A stretch of 51,051 nucleotides of DNA. It comes from Amoeboaphelidium protococcarum X5. Its lineage: Eukaryota > Fungi > Aphelidiomycota. Shown in pieces: positions 50,899 through 51,051 of this stretch. Position 1 is the stretch's first letter. Each line of letters opens with the position of its first letter. The stretch covers positions 1 to 51,051 of the forward strand of contig JALDTO010000182.1 of assembly GCA_023515725.1 (NCBI GenBank). The letters are read 5' to 3'. A model generated the notes under the pieces. It was given only the letters and a program-made list of their open reading frames with translations. It was not told where the DNA came from and made no database searches. Both the position numbers and the translations under genes were made by a program.

Positions 50899-51051
50899 TA
50901 TAATTTTGATCAAGATCTACGGTAATCAAAAATCTCAATTTTTCGTCGATGATGTTGATTGATGAATTAAAAAAATGGCGGATCAATCATTCGTGCACCA
51001 AGTCCTTTTGAAATTTTTTATCCATAAAGTATTTGTATGATAGTTAGTCTT

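Noticed and set aside
1-51051. Mass pseudogenisation or many tiny genes, as the standard-code ORF track suggests
   Set aside because: Fragments of each gene share one frame, breaks are almost all TAA/TAG at Gln positions, and essential genes are otherwise intact.
1-51051. tRNA/rRNA genes, CRISPR arrays, intact transposons
   Set aside because: No cloverleafs, rRNA motifs, repeat-spacer arrays, transposase/RT motifs or terminal repeats seen by eye. A covariance scan was not run.

Overview
Gene-dense eukaryotic nuclear DNA with fungus-like proteins, short intergenic spacers and a few 57-80 nt GT-AG introns. The supplied ORF track is fragmented because the standard code is wrong for this organism. 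In-frame TAA and TAG fall at conserved glutamine positions in many genes (RPL15, VPS13, bystin, ADE6, PEX5, DIC1), and every intact gene ends in TGA. This is translation table 6 (UAR=Gln). Fungus-like genes plus this code suggest an aphelid such as Amoeboaphelidium protococcarum; that is an inference and no search was run. Re-read by hand with this code, the window holds about 23 protein genes and two decayed remnants: RPL15, two diverged paralogous ~1,230-1,250 aa single-pass membrane proteins of unknown family flanking VPS13 (one copy has a frame break), an ECH1-type isomerase ending in SKL, bystin/ENP1, ADE6, PIG-Y-like, a compact KIBRA/WWC-like protein, a Rua1_C/DUF4451 protein, a paraoxonase-like protein, PEX5, an alpha/beta hydrolase, a carotenoid oxygenase, an F-box-like gene, MDV1/CAF4-like WD40, a Crinkler-like NTPase+nuclease gene with an internal TGA, two tandem J-proteins, LRO1, DNAJC12-like, a degenerate Cyp40 and DIC1. 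The most notable items are the code itself, possible fossil stop codons at gene ends, uneven UAR usage, the mini-KIBRA, the unknown membrane-protein pair and the interrupted effector-like gene. Coordinates and counts are manual, and family calls rest on recalled motifs.
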